Origin: Desulfobacterales bacterium
GTDB taxonomy: Bacteria; Desulfobacterota; Desulfobacteria; Desulfobacterales; Desulfosalsimonadaceae
Direction of reading: 5' to 3'
Assembly: GCA_046543065.1 (NCBI GenBank)
Contig: JBKHAE010000048.1
Location: 1 to 25,754, forward strand
DNA: 25,754 nucleotides
Shown here: piece by piece, positions 1 through 8,122 of the stretch
Layout of the letters: each line of letters starts with the position of its first letter
Numbering within the stretch: position 1 is the first letter of the stretch
The notes under the pieces: model-generated
Seen by the model: only the letters and a program-made list of their open reading frames with translations
Told to the model about the DNA's origin: nothing
The model's database searches: none
Made by a program: the position numbers and the translations under genes

Positions 1-986
1 AGGACTGGGCCAGGGCATCTGACTGGAAGTGGCAGGGAATTTCATTGGAGCCGGAGATGCTGCCGGAACTTACCCGAGCCGGGGAGGTTCTCGGCCATAT
101 TACTGCCAAGGCCGCCGAACAAACAGGGCTCCCCAAGGATCTGCCGGTGGTCGCCGCGGCAGCGGACAAAGCCTGCGAAATCATCGGCTCCGGCACCCTG
201 GAGCCGTCCACCGGATGCATCAGCTACGGAACCACCGCCACCATCAATGTCACCCACTCCAAATACGTGGAGCCGATTCCCCTGATCCCGCCCTACCCGT
301 CCGCGGTGCCCGGCCGGTTCTCCCTGGAAATCCAGATATTCCGCGGGTACTGGATGGTGAGCTGGTTTAAGAACGAATTCGGCCATGAAGAAAAGGAACA
401 GGCCGAAAACCTGGGCGTTGATGCGGAAGCCCTGTTTGACCGGCTAATCGATGACACCCGGCCGGGCTCAATGGGCTTGATGCTCCAGCCCTACTGGAGC
501 CCGGGGGTTATCCAGCCCGGCCCGGAGGCCAAGGGCGCCATTATCGGATTCGGGGATATCCATACCCGTGCCTATGTGTACCGTTCGATCCTTGAAGGCC
601 TGGCCTACGCCCTTCGGGAAGGAAAAGAAAAAATTGAAAAGCGGACCAAAATTCCCATCAAGGCATTGCGGGTATCCGGGGGCGGCTCACAGAGCCGGCA
701 CGCCATGCAGGTGACTGCGGATATTTTCAACCTCCCCACCGCCCGGCCGCATCTATATGAGACCTCAGGCCTTGGCGCGGCCATTAACGCGGCGGTAGGC
801 TTAAACCTGATGCCGGATTTTCAATCCGCCGTAAATGCCATGACCCATAGGGGCGATGTGTTCGAGCCGAATCCGCAGACGCACAAACTGTATGATCAGT
901 TATACCGCCGGGTTTACAAGAAAATGTATAAACGCCTGAAGCCCTTGTACAAAGACATAAAAGAGATCACAGGTTATCCTGCGTAA
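1..986 (+). CDS. FGGY-family carbohydrate kinase (xylulokinase/glycerol-kinase-like), C-terminal part; 5' end lies outside the window
   Basis: The frame of the listed 45..986 ORF stays open back to nt 3, so the gene enters from upstream. The translation has FGGY C-domain character (GTTATINV, RVSGGGSQS, QVTADIF, LGAAINAAVG). Stop TAA at 984-986. Confidence 0.85.
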   Translation, partial: DWARASDWKWQGISLEPEMLPELTRAGEVLGHITAKAAEQTGLPKDLPVVAAAADKACEIIGSGTLEPSTGCISYGTTATINVTHSKYVEPIPLIPPYPSAVPGRFSLEIQIFRGYWMVSWFKNEFGHEEKEQAENLGVDAEALFDRLIDDTRPGSMGLMLQPYWSPGVIQPGPEAKGAIIGFGDIHTRAYVYRSILEGLAYALREGKEKIEKRTKIPIKALRVSGGGSQSRHAMQVTADIFNLPTARPHLYETSGLGAAINAAVGLNLMPDFQSAVNAMTHRGDVFEPNPQTHKLYDQLYRRVYKKMYKRLKPLYKDIKEITGYPA

Positions 987-999
987 ACCGGAGGAAGCT

Positions 1000-2298
1000 A
1001 TGCATCCCGTCATTTTTTCCGATACCACCCATGGCATTGAAAAAGCGGTGGCTGAAATTTTCGGCCATGCGGGCGGGGCTGGCGCGCTGTTAAAATCAAG
1101 CCGCGATGTTTATCTAAAACCCAATGCCGTGGACCTTAAAAAACATACCTTCACCTGCCCGGAAGTCCTTTTGGCCGTGATCCGCCATTTTCAGCAGGCC
1201 GGCGCCAACAATATTTACGTGATCGAAAACTGCACCCAGGGAAATATTACCCGGCTGGTATTCGAGGCCACGGGCATGGCCCGGGTCTGCAGGGATACGG
1301 GCGCTAAGCCGGTCTATCTGGATGAAACAGGCGGCGTTCCGGTCTATCTCGAAGGTCTGCAATCCTTTATCGACATCTCGGATTTTGTCCAGGAGCGGCT
1401 GATCGACCAAAAAGACGCCAATCTCTATGTATCGCTGCCTAAACTAAAGACCCACTCCATGTCCCAGGTCACCCTGTCCATCAAAAATCAGTTCGGCCTG
1501 GTCCATCACCACAGCCGGGTGGCCGACCACAATTTTCGGCTGCATCAGAAATTTGCGGATATCTATCGGCTGCTGCGGCCCGATTTTGTGGTTGTGGACG
1601 GCGTGATCGCCACCAATCACGGCCATTATACGGCTGAGAAATTTGAAGACCAATGCATCATCCCCATGAACTGCCTTATCGGCGGAAGCGACCCGCTGAC
1701 GGTGGACATTGCAGCCGCCGCATTTCTGGGATATCAGACAAGCGAGGTGCCCCATCTCGCGCTTTCAGTGGAAACCGGCATCAGCCGGGCAGTAAACTTT
1801 GATTCGATTGAAATCATCAATCGGGATCTTTTTGAAGCCCGTAAAAAGGAGCTCACCCACAATCTTTTGGAAAAGTTCCCGGCCAATCTAAAAATTTTAA
1901 GGGGAAAAGAGCGCTGCTGCATGGAAGGATGCCGGCGCAACACGGAATCTGTGGTTGAAATTTTTTATAATGATCACAACGGGCGCGGGGATTTCGCAAT
2001 TCTTATGGGAAAAGGCATTGATCCTTCCGAGGTGGACCGGATTGAAAAACCGCCGGTCCACCTTGCAGGGAGCTGCGCCATCCAGGACTATGGCCGTGAA
2101 ATAATCCGCCGGTTCGGCAAAAAACAGGTGACCTTCAGCCAGGGCTGCAACAACCTGCCGGATACGATCTACGCCCTCTGCCGGCACATGAAGGTGAATC
2201 CCATATCACTGGCAGCCATGAACCCGGTAAAATCCCTTGCCCTGCTGGCCAGGGCCCGGCTCAACCATTCCAGGGCCATGATTCCGCCGTTGTTTTAG
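1000..2298 (+). CDS. DUF362 domain protein with a Cys-rich C-terminal extension
   Basis: ATG at 1000 lies 5 nt after SD GGAGG (990-994) and 13 nt after the kinase stop. DUF362-type blocks are present (VYLKPNAV, LPKLKTHSMSQVTLSIKNQFGLV, VVVDGVIATNHGH). The C-terminal ~130 aa carries CCxxxC plus three more Cys. Confidence 0.8.
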   Translation: MHPVIFSDTTHGIEKAVAEIFGHAGGAGALLKSSRDVYLKPNAVDLKKHTFTCPEVLLAVIRHFQQAGANNIYVIENCTQGNITRLVFEATGMARVCRDTGAKPVYLDETGGVPVYLEGLQSFIDISDFVQERLIDQKDANLYVSLPKLKTHSMSQVTLSIKNQFGLVHHHSRVADHNFRLHQKFADIYRLLRPDFVVVDGVIATNHGHYTAEKFEDQCIIPMNCLIGGSDPLTVDIAAAAFLGYQTSEVPHLALSVETGISRAVNFDSIEIINRDLFEARKKELTHNLLEKFPANLKILRGKERCCMEGCRRNTESVVEIFYNDHNGRGDFAILMGKGIDPSEVDRIEKPPVHLAGSCAIQDYGREIIRRFGKKQVTFSQGCNNLPDTIYALCRHMKVNPISLAAMNPVKSLALLARARLNHSRAMIPPLF

Positions 2299-2304
2299 GT
2301 TATA

Positions 2305-2324
2305 AAATCCCCCTAAATCCCCCT
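2305..2324. repeat. Tandem direct 10-mer AAATCCCCCT x2 at the upstream edge of the AT-rich TA islet
   Basis: Read directly: 2305-2314 and 2315-2324 are identical. Confidence 0.7.
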
Positions 2325-2491
2325 TTAAAAATGAGGAGTTAAAGGAGTTTCTCCCGCTTAAAACAAAATTCCCGCTGCGCAAAAAATAATCATGGCCTCA
2401 TCAAAACCATTTTTGATGGAATTTTATTGCAGATTTTACAAGCAGTTTGATACAAATTAAATAAAAATCATAAGAATTGAAGAAGGATGAT

Positions 2492-2692
2492 ATGCCAAAC
2501 TTAGAAAAAATCGAAAAAGCTATAAAAGAATTGACGCGAGAGGAATTTGCTCAATTTCGAGAGTGGTTCGAGAAGCTCGATGCATCCCTGTGGGATGAAC
2601 AGTTCGAAAATGATGTAAAAAAAGGGAAGCTGGATAAAATTGCAGAGGAATCTCTGAAAGATTATCGAGAAGGAAATTATTATAAACTATGA
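2492..2692 (+). CDS. Putative type II antitoxin (small acidic helical protein), partner of the downstream ParE-like toxin
   Basis: 66-aa ORF from ATG 2492, preceded by GAAGGA at 2482-2487. The ORF-track start at 2477 is a TTG with no SD. Its stop TGA (2690-2692) overlaps the toxin ATG (2689-2691) as ATGA. Size, charge and position fit an antitoxin. Confidence 0.65.
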   Translation: MPNLEKIEKAIKELTREEFAQFREWFEKLDASLWDEQFENDVKKGKLDKIAEESLKDYREGNYYKL

Positions 2693-2943
2693 ACCATTTT
2701 ACTTCTCCTTCCTTCTGGCGACGCTATAAGAACCTTCCCAACCATATAAAAGAAATAGCTGATAAGAATTTTGAACTGCTTAAAGAAAATCCGAGCCATC
2801 CCTCCCTTCATGCCAAAAAAGTAGAAAAATACTGGTCAGTCCGAATTGGAAAAAACTACAGGGCCCTTGCCATGGAAATAGAAGAAGGATTGCTCTGGTT
2901 TTGGGTTGGGACGCATTCAGAGTATGACAATCTTTTGAAATAA
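2689..2943 (+). CDS. ParE-like (RelE/ParE superfamily) type II toxin
   Basis: 84 aa. The pattern F..Y..LP..I...A...F.LL..NP.HPSLH.KKV...WSVRI...YRAL......L.WFWVGTH.EYD.LL matches my recollection of the ParE-like toxin family. It is translationally coupled to the upstream ORF. Confidence 0.75.
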   Translation: MNHFTSPSFWRRYKNLPNHIKEIADKNFELLKENPSHPSLHAKKVEKYWSVRIGKNYRALAMEIEEGLLWFWVGTHSEYDNLLK

Positions 2944-2953
2944 AGCTTAAACC

Positions 2954-2993
2954 AAGCCTCCCTTGGGGCTCTTTGCGTCTTTGCGCGAGGCTT
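2954..2993. repeat. Inverted repeat AAGCCTC/GAGGCTT enclosing the dispersed motif TGCGTCTTTGCGCGAG, between the convergent toxin and M48 genes
   Basis: The 7-bp arms are 2954-2960 and 2987-2993. The loop carries CTTTGCG twice (2971-2977, 2979-2985) and a 16-mer (2974-2989) that recurs at 11590-11605 with one mismatch. Confidence 0.7.
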
Positions 2994-4227
2994 AATTCAC
3001 CCGGGCAATAGCCTCAATCCTATCCAGAATCGGCGGGTGGGAATAGTTTAAAAACACATACAGGGGATGCGGTCTCAGATTGGAAAGGTTGTGCACAGCC
3101 AGCTTTTTCAGGGCCCGGATAAAGGCATTCGGCCTGCCTGTGGTCTCCACGGCGAACCGATCCGCCGCAAACTCGTTTTTCCGGGATAAGATCTGCATAA
3201 AAATACCGATAAAAAAATCAATCGGACTGTATAAAATCCCGAAAAACACAAGCCCTGCGTAAACAGAGACCTGATCCATATAAAACGCCTCAAAAAGCGG
3301 CCGGGCAGAAATAAAAAGGGAGAACAGGTAGAGGATAATCCCGCTCTGGATGATTGCCGCAAGCATCATCCAGTAAATGTGCTTTTTTTTGTAATGCCCC
3401 ATCTCGTGGGCCAGAATACCGACCAGTTCTGATACGCTGTGGTTTTCAATCAGGGTGTCGAACAGAACGATCCGCTTATGCCGGCCGAACCCGGCAAAAA
3501 ACGCATTCGCCTTGCTTGAGCGCTTGGAGCCGTCCATTACAAAGACATTCTTTAAGGGGAACCCGATGGATTGCGCATAGTTCATAATCGCAGTTTTAAG
3601 CTCACCCGGTTCAAGCGGGGTAAACTTGTTAAAAAGCGGCATAATCCAGGTGGGCACCACCACCTGCATGATGATCATGAACCCAACCACGGCAATCCAG
3701 CAATACCACCAGGCGTTGGCGCCCGCATATTCGAAAAACGACAAAATACCGGCAAGCAGCATCCCGCCGATCAAAACCCCCAGCAAGGTTCGCTTGATCA
3801 AATCGAAAATAAAGGTTTTGGGATCCGTCCGGTTGAACCCGAACCGCTCCTCGATGACAAAAGTCGAATAAACGGAAAACGGCAGGCTGATCAGCGCTTT
3901 TATTCCCACCAGTCCCCCGATATAAATAAGTCCGCGGATAATCGGAGAATCTGCAACGGACCGCACCCATTGATCCAGCACAGGGAAGCCGTGCCCAAAC
4001 CAGATGCCCAGAAACAAAATCAGTGAGACAATTGAAGCGATCCATTCAAACCGGGTGTTAACCCGCAGATATTCCTGGGAATCCCGGTAGCGCTGCGGGT
4101 CATACCAGCCCTTGAATGCATCCGGCAATTCCGTGTTCAGGTTTCTTAAATTGCAGACATCCGCTATGATATTTAGCAGAAGGTTCGCCCCGAGGGCGAT
4201 GAGAATAATCCCGGCGATAAAATTCAT
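2992..4227 (-). CDS. M48 family zinc metalloprotease, Ste24/CAAX-protease-like with multi-helix N-terminal membrane domain
   Basis: HEMGH zinc motif (LAHEMGHYKKKH), NAFFAGFGRHKRIVLFDTL block and several hydrophobic helices. I prefer ATG 4227 (MNFIAG..., SD AGAGGG 5-6 nt upstream) over the ORF-track TTG at 4263. Confidence 0.9.
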   Translation of the reverse strand: MNFIAGIILIALGANLLLNIIADVCNLRNLNTELPDAFKGWYDPQRYRDSQEYLRVNTRFEWIASIVSLILFLGIWFGHGFPVLDQWVRSVADSPIIRGLIYIGGLVGIKALISLPFSVYSTFVIEERFGFNRTDPKTFIFDLIKRTLLGVLIGGMLLAGILSFFEYAGANAWWYCWIAVVGFMIIMQVVVPTWIMPLFNKFTPLEPGELKTAIMNYAQSIGFPLKNVFVMDGSKRSSKANAFFAGFGRHKRIVLFDTLIENHSVSELVGILAHEMGHYKKKHIYWMMLAAIIQSGIILYLFSLFISARPLFEAFYMDQVSVYAGLVFFGILYSPIDFFIGIFMQILSRKNEFAADRFAVETTGRPNAFIRALKKLAVHNLSNLRPHPLYVFLNYSHPPILDRIEAIARVN

Positions 4228-4294
4228 GAGGCCCTCTATATCCCCAAATCCTGCAAAAATCAACCATTCAAACTTTCTGGAACAAATGAAAACC

Positions 4295-4324
4295 TTGACA
4301 AATAAAACCCCGATTGGCTATTAA
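4295..4324 (+). promoter_or_regulatory. Candidate sigma70-type promoter for the LysM gene
   Basis: TTGACA at 4295-4300, an 18-nt spacer, then TATTAA at 4319-4324. A GC-rich hairpin follows at about 4343-4366. Hexamer match only. Confidence 0.35.
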
Positions 4325-4405
4325 AAGGATATAGTGGACATTGCGGCCGCCCCTTTCCGGGGCCGCCCGACCTATTTTTAACCTGCGGAACAAAAGGGGC
4401 ACCCT

Positions 4406-5419
4406 ATGTTCGGGAGAATCAAGGGCATTGGCTGGCTGATGGGATCGGTCCTCCTTCTGACAATTCTGGCGGCACCGGCAATGGCAGAGATTGAGGATCA
4501 CATCACAAAGACCGAAACCGGTTTCTATTACACCGTTCAAAAAGGAGATACCCTTTGGGATCTCTCCCAAAAGTTTGCCGATTCCCCTTGGGAATGGCCT
4601 GAACTCTGGCACTACAATCCAGATATTAAAAACCCCCACTGGATCTATCCGGGGCAGAAAATCCTGGTTTACAAAAAAGAATGGGCGGGCAAAAAAGAAG
4701 CGCCCCAGCCTGAGGCAGAACCTGCTGAAGAAGCCCCGAAATCAATATTCCACTACGAAATGATCAATTCCGTGGGGTTTGTCCGGGAGACGGCGGTTGC
4801 CCCCAGCGGCACCATCTTCAATGCAACAGATGACAAAACCCTGGTTTCCGAAGGTGATACCGTGTATCTTCGGCCGGGCGAGGGCCCGCCGCTCGCAGCC
4901 GGCGGACTATACACCATATATCGAACATTTGAAATCAATACCGGTCTATTGGATGACGCCTCCCCGGGTATCCAGCATTATCTCACCGGCGTGGTTGAGA
5001 TCACGGATATTGAATCCGAATACGCCATCGCCAAAGTGGTTAAATCTTTCCGCGACATTCATTATGAGGACATGGTGATGCCGCTTGAAACACGCTCTCC
5101 GGAAATTGAAAAAAAAGAAGCGGATAACGGCCTCACCGGCCGGATCATCCGATCAGAAGAAAGAAGCGCCCTAATCGGCCAAGACAAACTGGTATTTATT
5201 GATAAAGGCGAAAATGACGGGGTTGAAGTCGGACAATCCTACAATATCCTTCATCAGCCGGTGGCTGCGCCGGAGCCCGGAACGCCGAAAATCGGTTTAA
5301 AGCCCGTCAATGTGGGAGAAATCCTGGTGCTGCATACGGAAGATACCACCGCCACCGGCTTGATCACCGCTTCAACCAAACCCATCAAGCCCGACGACAA
5401 GGTGCGAAGCCCGAAGTAG
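4406..5419 (+). CDS. Secreted LysM peptidoglycan-binding domain protein
   Basis: Signal peptide ending AMA/E. LysM block YTVQKGDTLWDLSQKFADSPWEWPELWHYNPDIKNPHWIYPGQKILV. The SD-like run AAAAGGGG lies upstream of ATG 4406. Confidence 0.85.
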   Translation: MFGRIKGIGWLMGSVLLLTILAAPAMAEIEDHITKTETGFYYTVQKGDTLWDLSQKFADSPWEWPELWHYNPDIKNPHWIYPGQKILVYKKEWAGKKEAPQPEAEPAEEAPKSIFHYEMINSVGFVRETAVAPSGTIFNATDDKTLVSEGDTVYLRPGEGPPLAAGGLYTIYRTFEINTGLLDDASPGIQHYLTGVVEITDIESEYAIAKVVKSFRDIHYEDMVMPLETRSPEIEKKEADNGLTGRIIRSEERSALIGQDKLVFIDKGENDGVEVGQSYNILHQPVAAPEPGTPKIGLKPVNVGEILVLHTEDTTATGLITASTKPIKPDDKVRSPK

Positions 5420-5429
5420 GTGTGAAGAG

Positions 5430-7253
5430 TTATTCCTGCTCCCAGGTCACCCGCATCACCTCCTGATACGTGGTGATGCCGGCCATTAATTTCTTGACCG
5501 CGTTTTCCCTGAGGGTAAGCATTCCCTCTTTCAGCGCCTGCTCGCGTATATCCCCAAGATCCGCAGACGCCGTGGTTTTCTGGCGCAATGTTTTGGTATA
5601 GGGCATGACCTCAAAAACCGAGGTCCGGCCGTAATAGCCTGTATGCCGGCAGTGAATACATCCCCTGCCCCGGTAAAGCGTGACATGGCCGTTACTGCCT
5701 AAATCCAGGCCCATTTGGCGGAGTTGCTCGCTCTCCATTTCAAAAGACTCAATGCATTTGGGGCATATCTTTCTGACCAGGCGCTGGGATAGCACCCCAG
5801 TCAATGTCGCCTGAATCAGAAAATACGGCAGGCCGATATCTAACAGCCGGATAATGGCGGAGGGCGCATCGTTGGTATGAAGCGTGGACAATACCAGATG
5901 CCCGGTCAAGGCGGTCTGGATGGCGTTCTGGACAGTCTCCGGGTCGCGCAGCTCGCCCACCATGACCACATCCGGGTCCTGGCGCAGAATATTTCTGAGG
6001 ATGGTGGCAAATGTCACATTCACCGCCGGCTGAACCGCGATCTGGTTGAACTCCTCGTGGATCATTTCAATGGGGTCTTCCACCGTGGTAATATTGATAT
6101 CCGGCGTGGAAATCCGCCGCAGCGTGGAATACAGGGTGGTTGATTTACCGCTGCCGGTCGGGCCGCACACCAGAATCAGCCCATAGGGCATGGAAAACAT
6201 CTGCTGGTATCTCGAAAAATCATCCGCCGTAAAGCCCAGATTCTCCACTTCCTGAAACAGGATATCCGGGTCCATAATCCGCATGACAACTTTTTCGCCA
6301 AACGCCACCGGTACGCTGGAGATCCGGATCTCTACCTCCACATCGCCCTTATCCGTCTTTATCCGGCCGTCCTGGGGGCGCCGCTTTTCCGCGATATCAA
6401 GGCGGGAGAGGCTTTTAATCCGGCTGACAATGGCGGAATGAACCTTCTTGGGGAGCTGATAGACCGTATGCAGGACCCCGTCAATCCGCATGCGGACTAA
6501 TAGGGCTTCGCGCTTGGGTTCTATATGGATATCGCTCGCCCGCTGATCAAATGCATAGCTGAACAGATGATTAACGGCATTGACGATATGCTGGTCATTG
6601 GCCGGCAGCTCGTCAGGCGATTTCAAGCGCACATACTGCTCCAGATTGCCCAGATCAATGGATGGGCCGCCGAATTGGACTTCCGCGGCGGCAATGGAGC
6701 GCTTGAACCCGAAAAATTCGTTGATCAGCCGGATTACATCGGACTTGGCCGTGACCACCATTTTTATCGGCATCTGGCTGACCCGGCCCAGGTCTTCAAC
6801 CACCTCGGGATTAAACGGGTTGGCCGTGGCCACAATCAGCCGGCCGCTCTCCACCCCGATCGGCAGGACCAGATTTTTCATGGCAAAATTTCTGGGGATG
6901 GTGGTGGTGACCAGGTTCAGATCCAGCTTTACCGGATCGATCTTTTTATAGGGATAGCCCCACTCCTCGGCCAGGGCATGAAAAATCGCATCCTCGTCCA
7001 GCTCCTGCGCCGGCTTATCCGCCCGATTGAATTTAAAGGAGACAATCACATCGACAATGGTGACCGGATCATTGACATTGCTGCTTCCAGACTGGGCACC
7101 CCGTTGATCAGCCCGCGTCTTCTCCAGATTGGTCCGGATGCGCAATTTTTTTTCGAATATTTCCCGGGCCTGCTCCTTGGTCAGCAGTCCCTGTTTAACC
7201 AGAATGGTGCAAACGGATTTGTCGGAAAAAGGGTGTGCTTTTTCAGTTGGCAT
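5430..7253 (-). CDS. GspE/PilB-family secretion ATPase (type II secretion / type IV pilus assembly ATPase family)
   Basis: Walker A GPTGSGKST, Asp box VEDPIE, Walker B DPDVVMVGELRD, His box TGHLVLSTLHTN, C-terminal CPKC...CIHC tetracysteine, and a GspE-N-type N-terminal domain. Confidence 0.9.
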   Translation of the reverse strand: MPTEKAHPFSDKSVCTILVKQGLLTKEQAREIFEKKLRIRTNLEKTRADQRGAQSGSSNVNDPVTIVDVIVSFKFNRADKPAQELDEDAIFHALAEEWGYPYKKIDPVKLDLNLVTTTIPRNFAMKNLVLPIGVESGRLIVATANPFNPEVVEDLGRVSQMPIKMVVTAKSDVIRLINEFFGFKRSIAAAEVQFGGPSIDLGNLEQYVRLKSPDELPANDQHIVNAVNHLFSYAFDQRASDIHIEPKREALLVRMRIDGVLHTVYQLPKKVHSAIVSRIKSLSRLDIAEKRRPQDGRIKTDKGDVEVEIRISSVPVAFGEKVVMRIMDPDILFQEVENLGFTADDFSRYQQMFSMPYGLILVCGPTGSGKSTTLYSTLRRISTPDINITTVEDPIEMIHEEFNQIAVQPAVNVTFATILRNILRQDPDVVMVGELRDPETVQNAIQTALTGHLVLSTLHTNDAPSAIIRLLDIGLPYFLIQATLTGVLSQRLVRKICPKCIESFEMESEQLRQMGLDLGSNGHVTLYRGRGCIHCRHTGYYGRTSVFEVMPYTKTLRQKTTASADLGDIREQALKEGMLTLRENAVKKLMAGITTYQEVMRVTWEQE

Positions 7254-7309
7254 TAGCTGATTTTACCTGAACGCAAGTATAAATTAAAAAAACAGTTCAG
7301 CGCCTATAA

Positions 7310-8122
7310 TCAAAAATTATTAATAGCAATTTCAAACAGGCGTATACCAGTGATCATGGAAGTTTTCTGTTTAAATTCACCACGGTTTGATCGCTCTTTG
7401 AACCGCCCCCAGTCCGGATGATTCGTGGTATGATTGAACGCTTCCGGATGGGGCATCAGGCCGAAAATCCGGCCGGTGGGGTCGCATATGCCGGCGATAT
7501 CATGCATGGAGCCGTTGGGGTTGTGCGGAAACTGGCCATCTGCCGGGGCGCCGTCCGGTGCTGCGTAGCGGCAGACGACCTGGTTTTCGTTGATCAGGCG
7601 ATTCATAGCCGCCCCATCCGCTACAAATTTCCCCTCCCCGTGGCGGATGGGGAGTTCGATATGGGATAAGCCTTTTGTGAAAACACAAGGAGCGTTCTCA
7701 TTTATATTCAGGTGCACCCAGTCATCCCGGAAGTTTCCGCAGTCGTTAAATGTCAGGGCCACGGAGCGGTCCTGGTAATTGCCGTCAAATCCGGGCAAAA
7801 GCCCAAGGTTCACGATAGTTTGAAACCCGTTGCAGATGCCCATCACCAAATTGCCGGCATCCACGAATTTCAGTATCTTCTCACCCGCGTTTTTCTTCAT
7901 GCGCACCGCCTGGATAACCCCGGCGCCGTGGTCATCACCCCAGGAAAATCCGCCCACGAAAACCATGAGCTGAAATTCCGAGAGATCCACTGAGCCGTCG
8001 ATCACCGAATTGATGTGCACCCGCTTTGCATGGGCGCCCGCCAGCTCAAGGGCATGGGCGGTTTCAATGTCGCAGTTCAAGCCGTAACCGCAGAGGACGA
8101 GGGCGTTTATTCGACTGCTCAT
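7310..8122 (-). CDS. purQ: Phosphoribosylformylglycinamidine synthase, glutamine amidotransferase subunit
   Basis: Class I GATase nucleophile motif GICNGFQ and MPHPE His/Glu motif. The start ATG overlaps the purL stop (ATGA at 8119-8122). Confidence 0.9.
   Translation of the reverse strand: MSSRINALVLCGYGLNCDIETAHALELAGAHAKRVHINSVIDGSVDLSEFQLMVFVGGFSWGDDHGAGVIQAVRMKKNAGEKILKFVDAGNLVMGICNGFQTIVNLGLLPGFDGNYQDRSVALTFNDCGNFRDDWVHLNINENAPCVFTKGLSHIELPIRHGEGKFVADGAAMNRLINENQVVCRYAAPDGAPADGQFPHNPNGSMHDIAGICDPTGRIFGLMPHPEAFNHTTNHPDWGRFKERSNRGEFKQKTSMITGIRLFEIAINNF

Noticed and set aside
5430-7253. Calling the ATPase part of a type II secretion / type IV pilus locus, or a c-di-GMP-binding MshEN-type ATPase.
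   Set aside because: No platform, pilin, secretin or alignment genes are in the window. The N-terminal segment ILVKQGLLTKEQAREIF matches only the generic (L/V)(L/V)xxG(L/V)(L/V) helix repeat. It lacks the RLG and terminal Q positions and the second copy of the MshEN motif.
6525-7256. Long ORFs antisense to real genes, e.g. 6525..7256 (+, 243 aa), 3571..4026, 12225..12776, 12352..12891, 15347..15874, 17798..18310, 20744..21271.
   Set aside because: Each lies entirely within, and opposite to, a gene with strong family motifs. The translations are low-complexity and Arg/Gly/Pro-rich with no recognisable domains or SD sequences. This is the typical shadow-ORF behaviour of GC-rich coding DNA.
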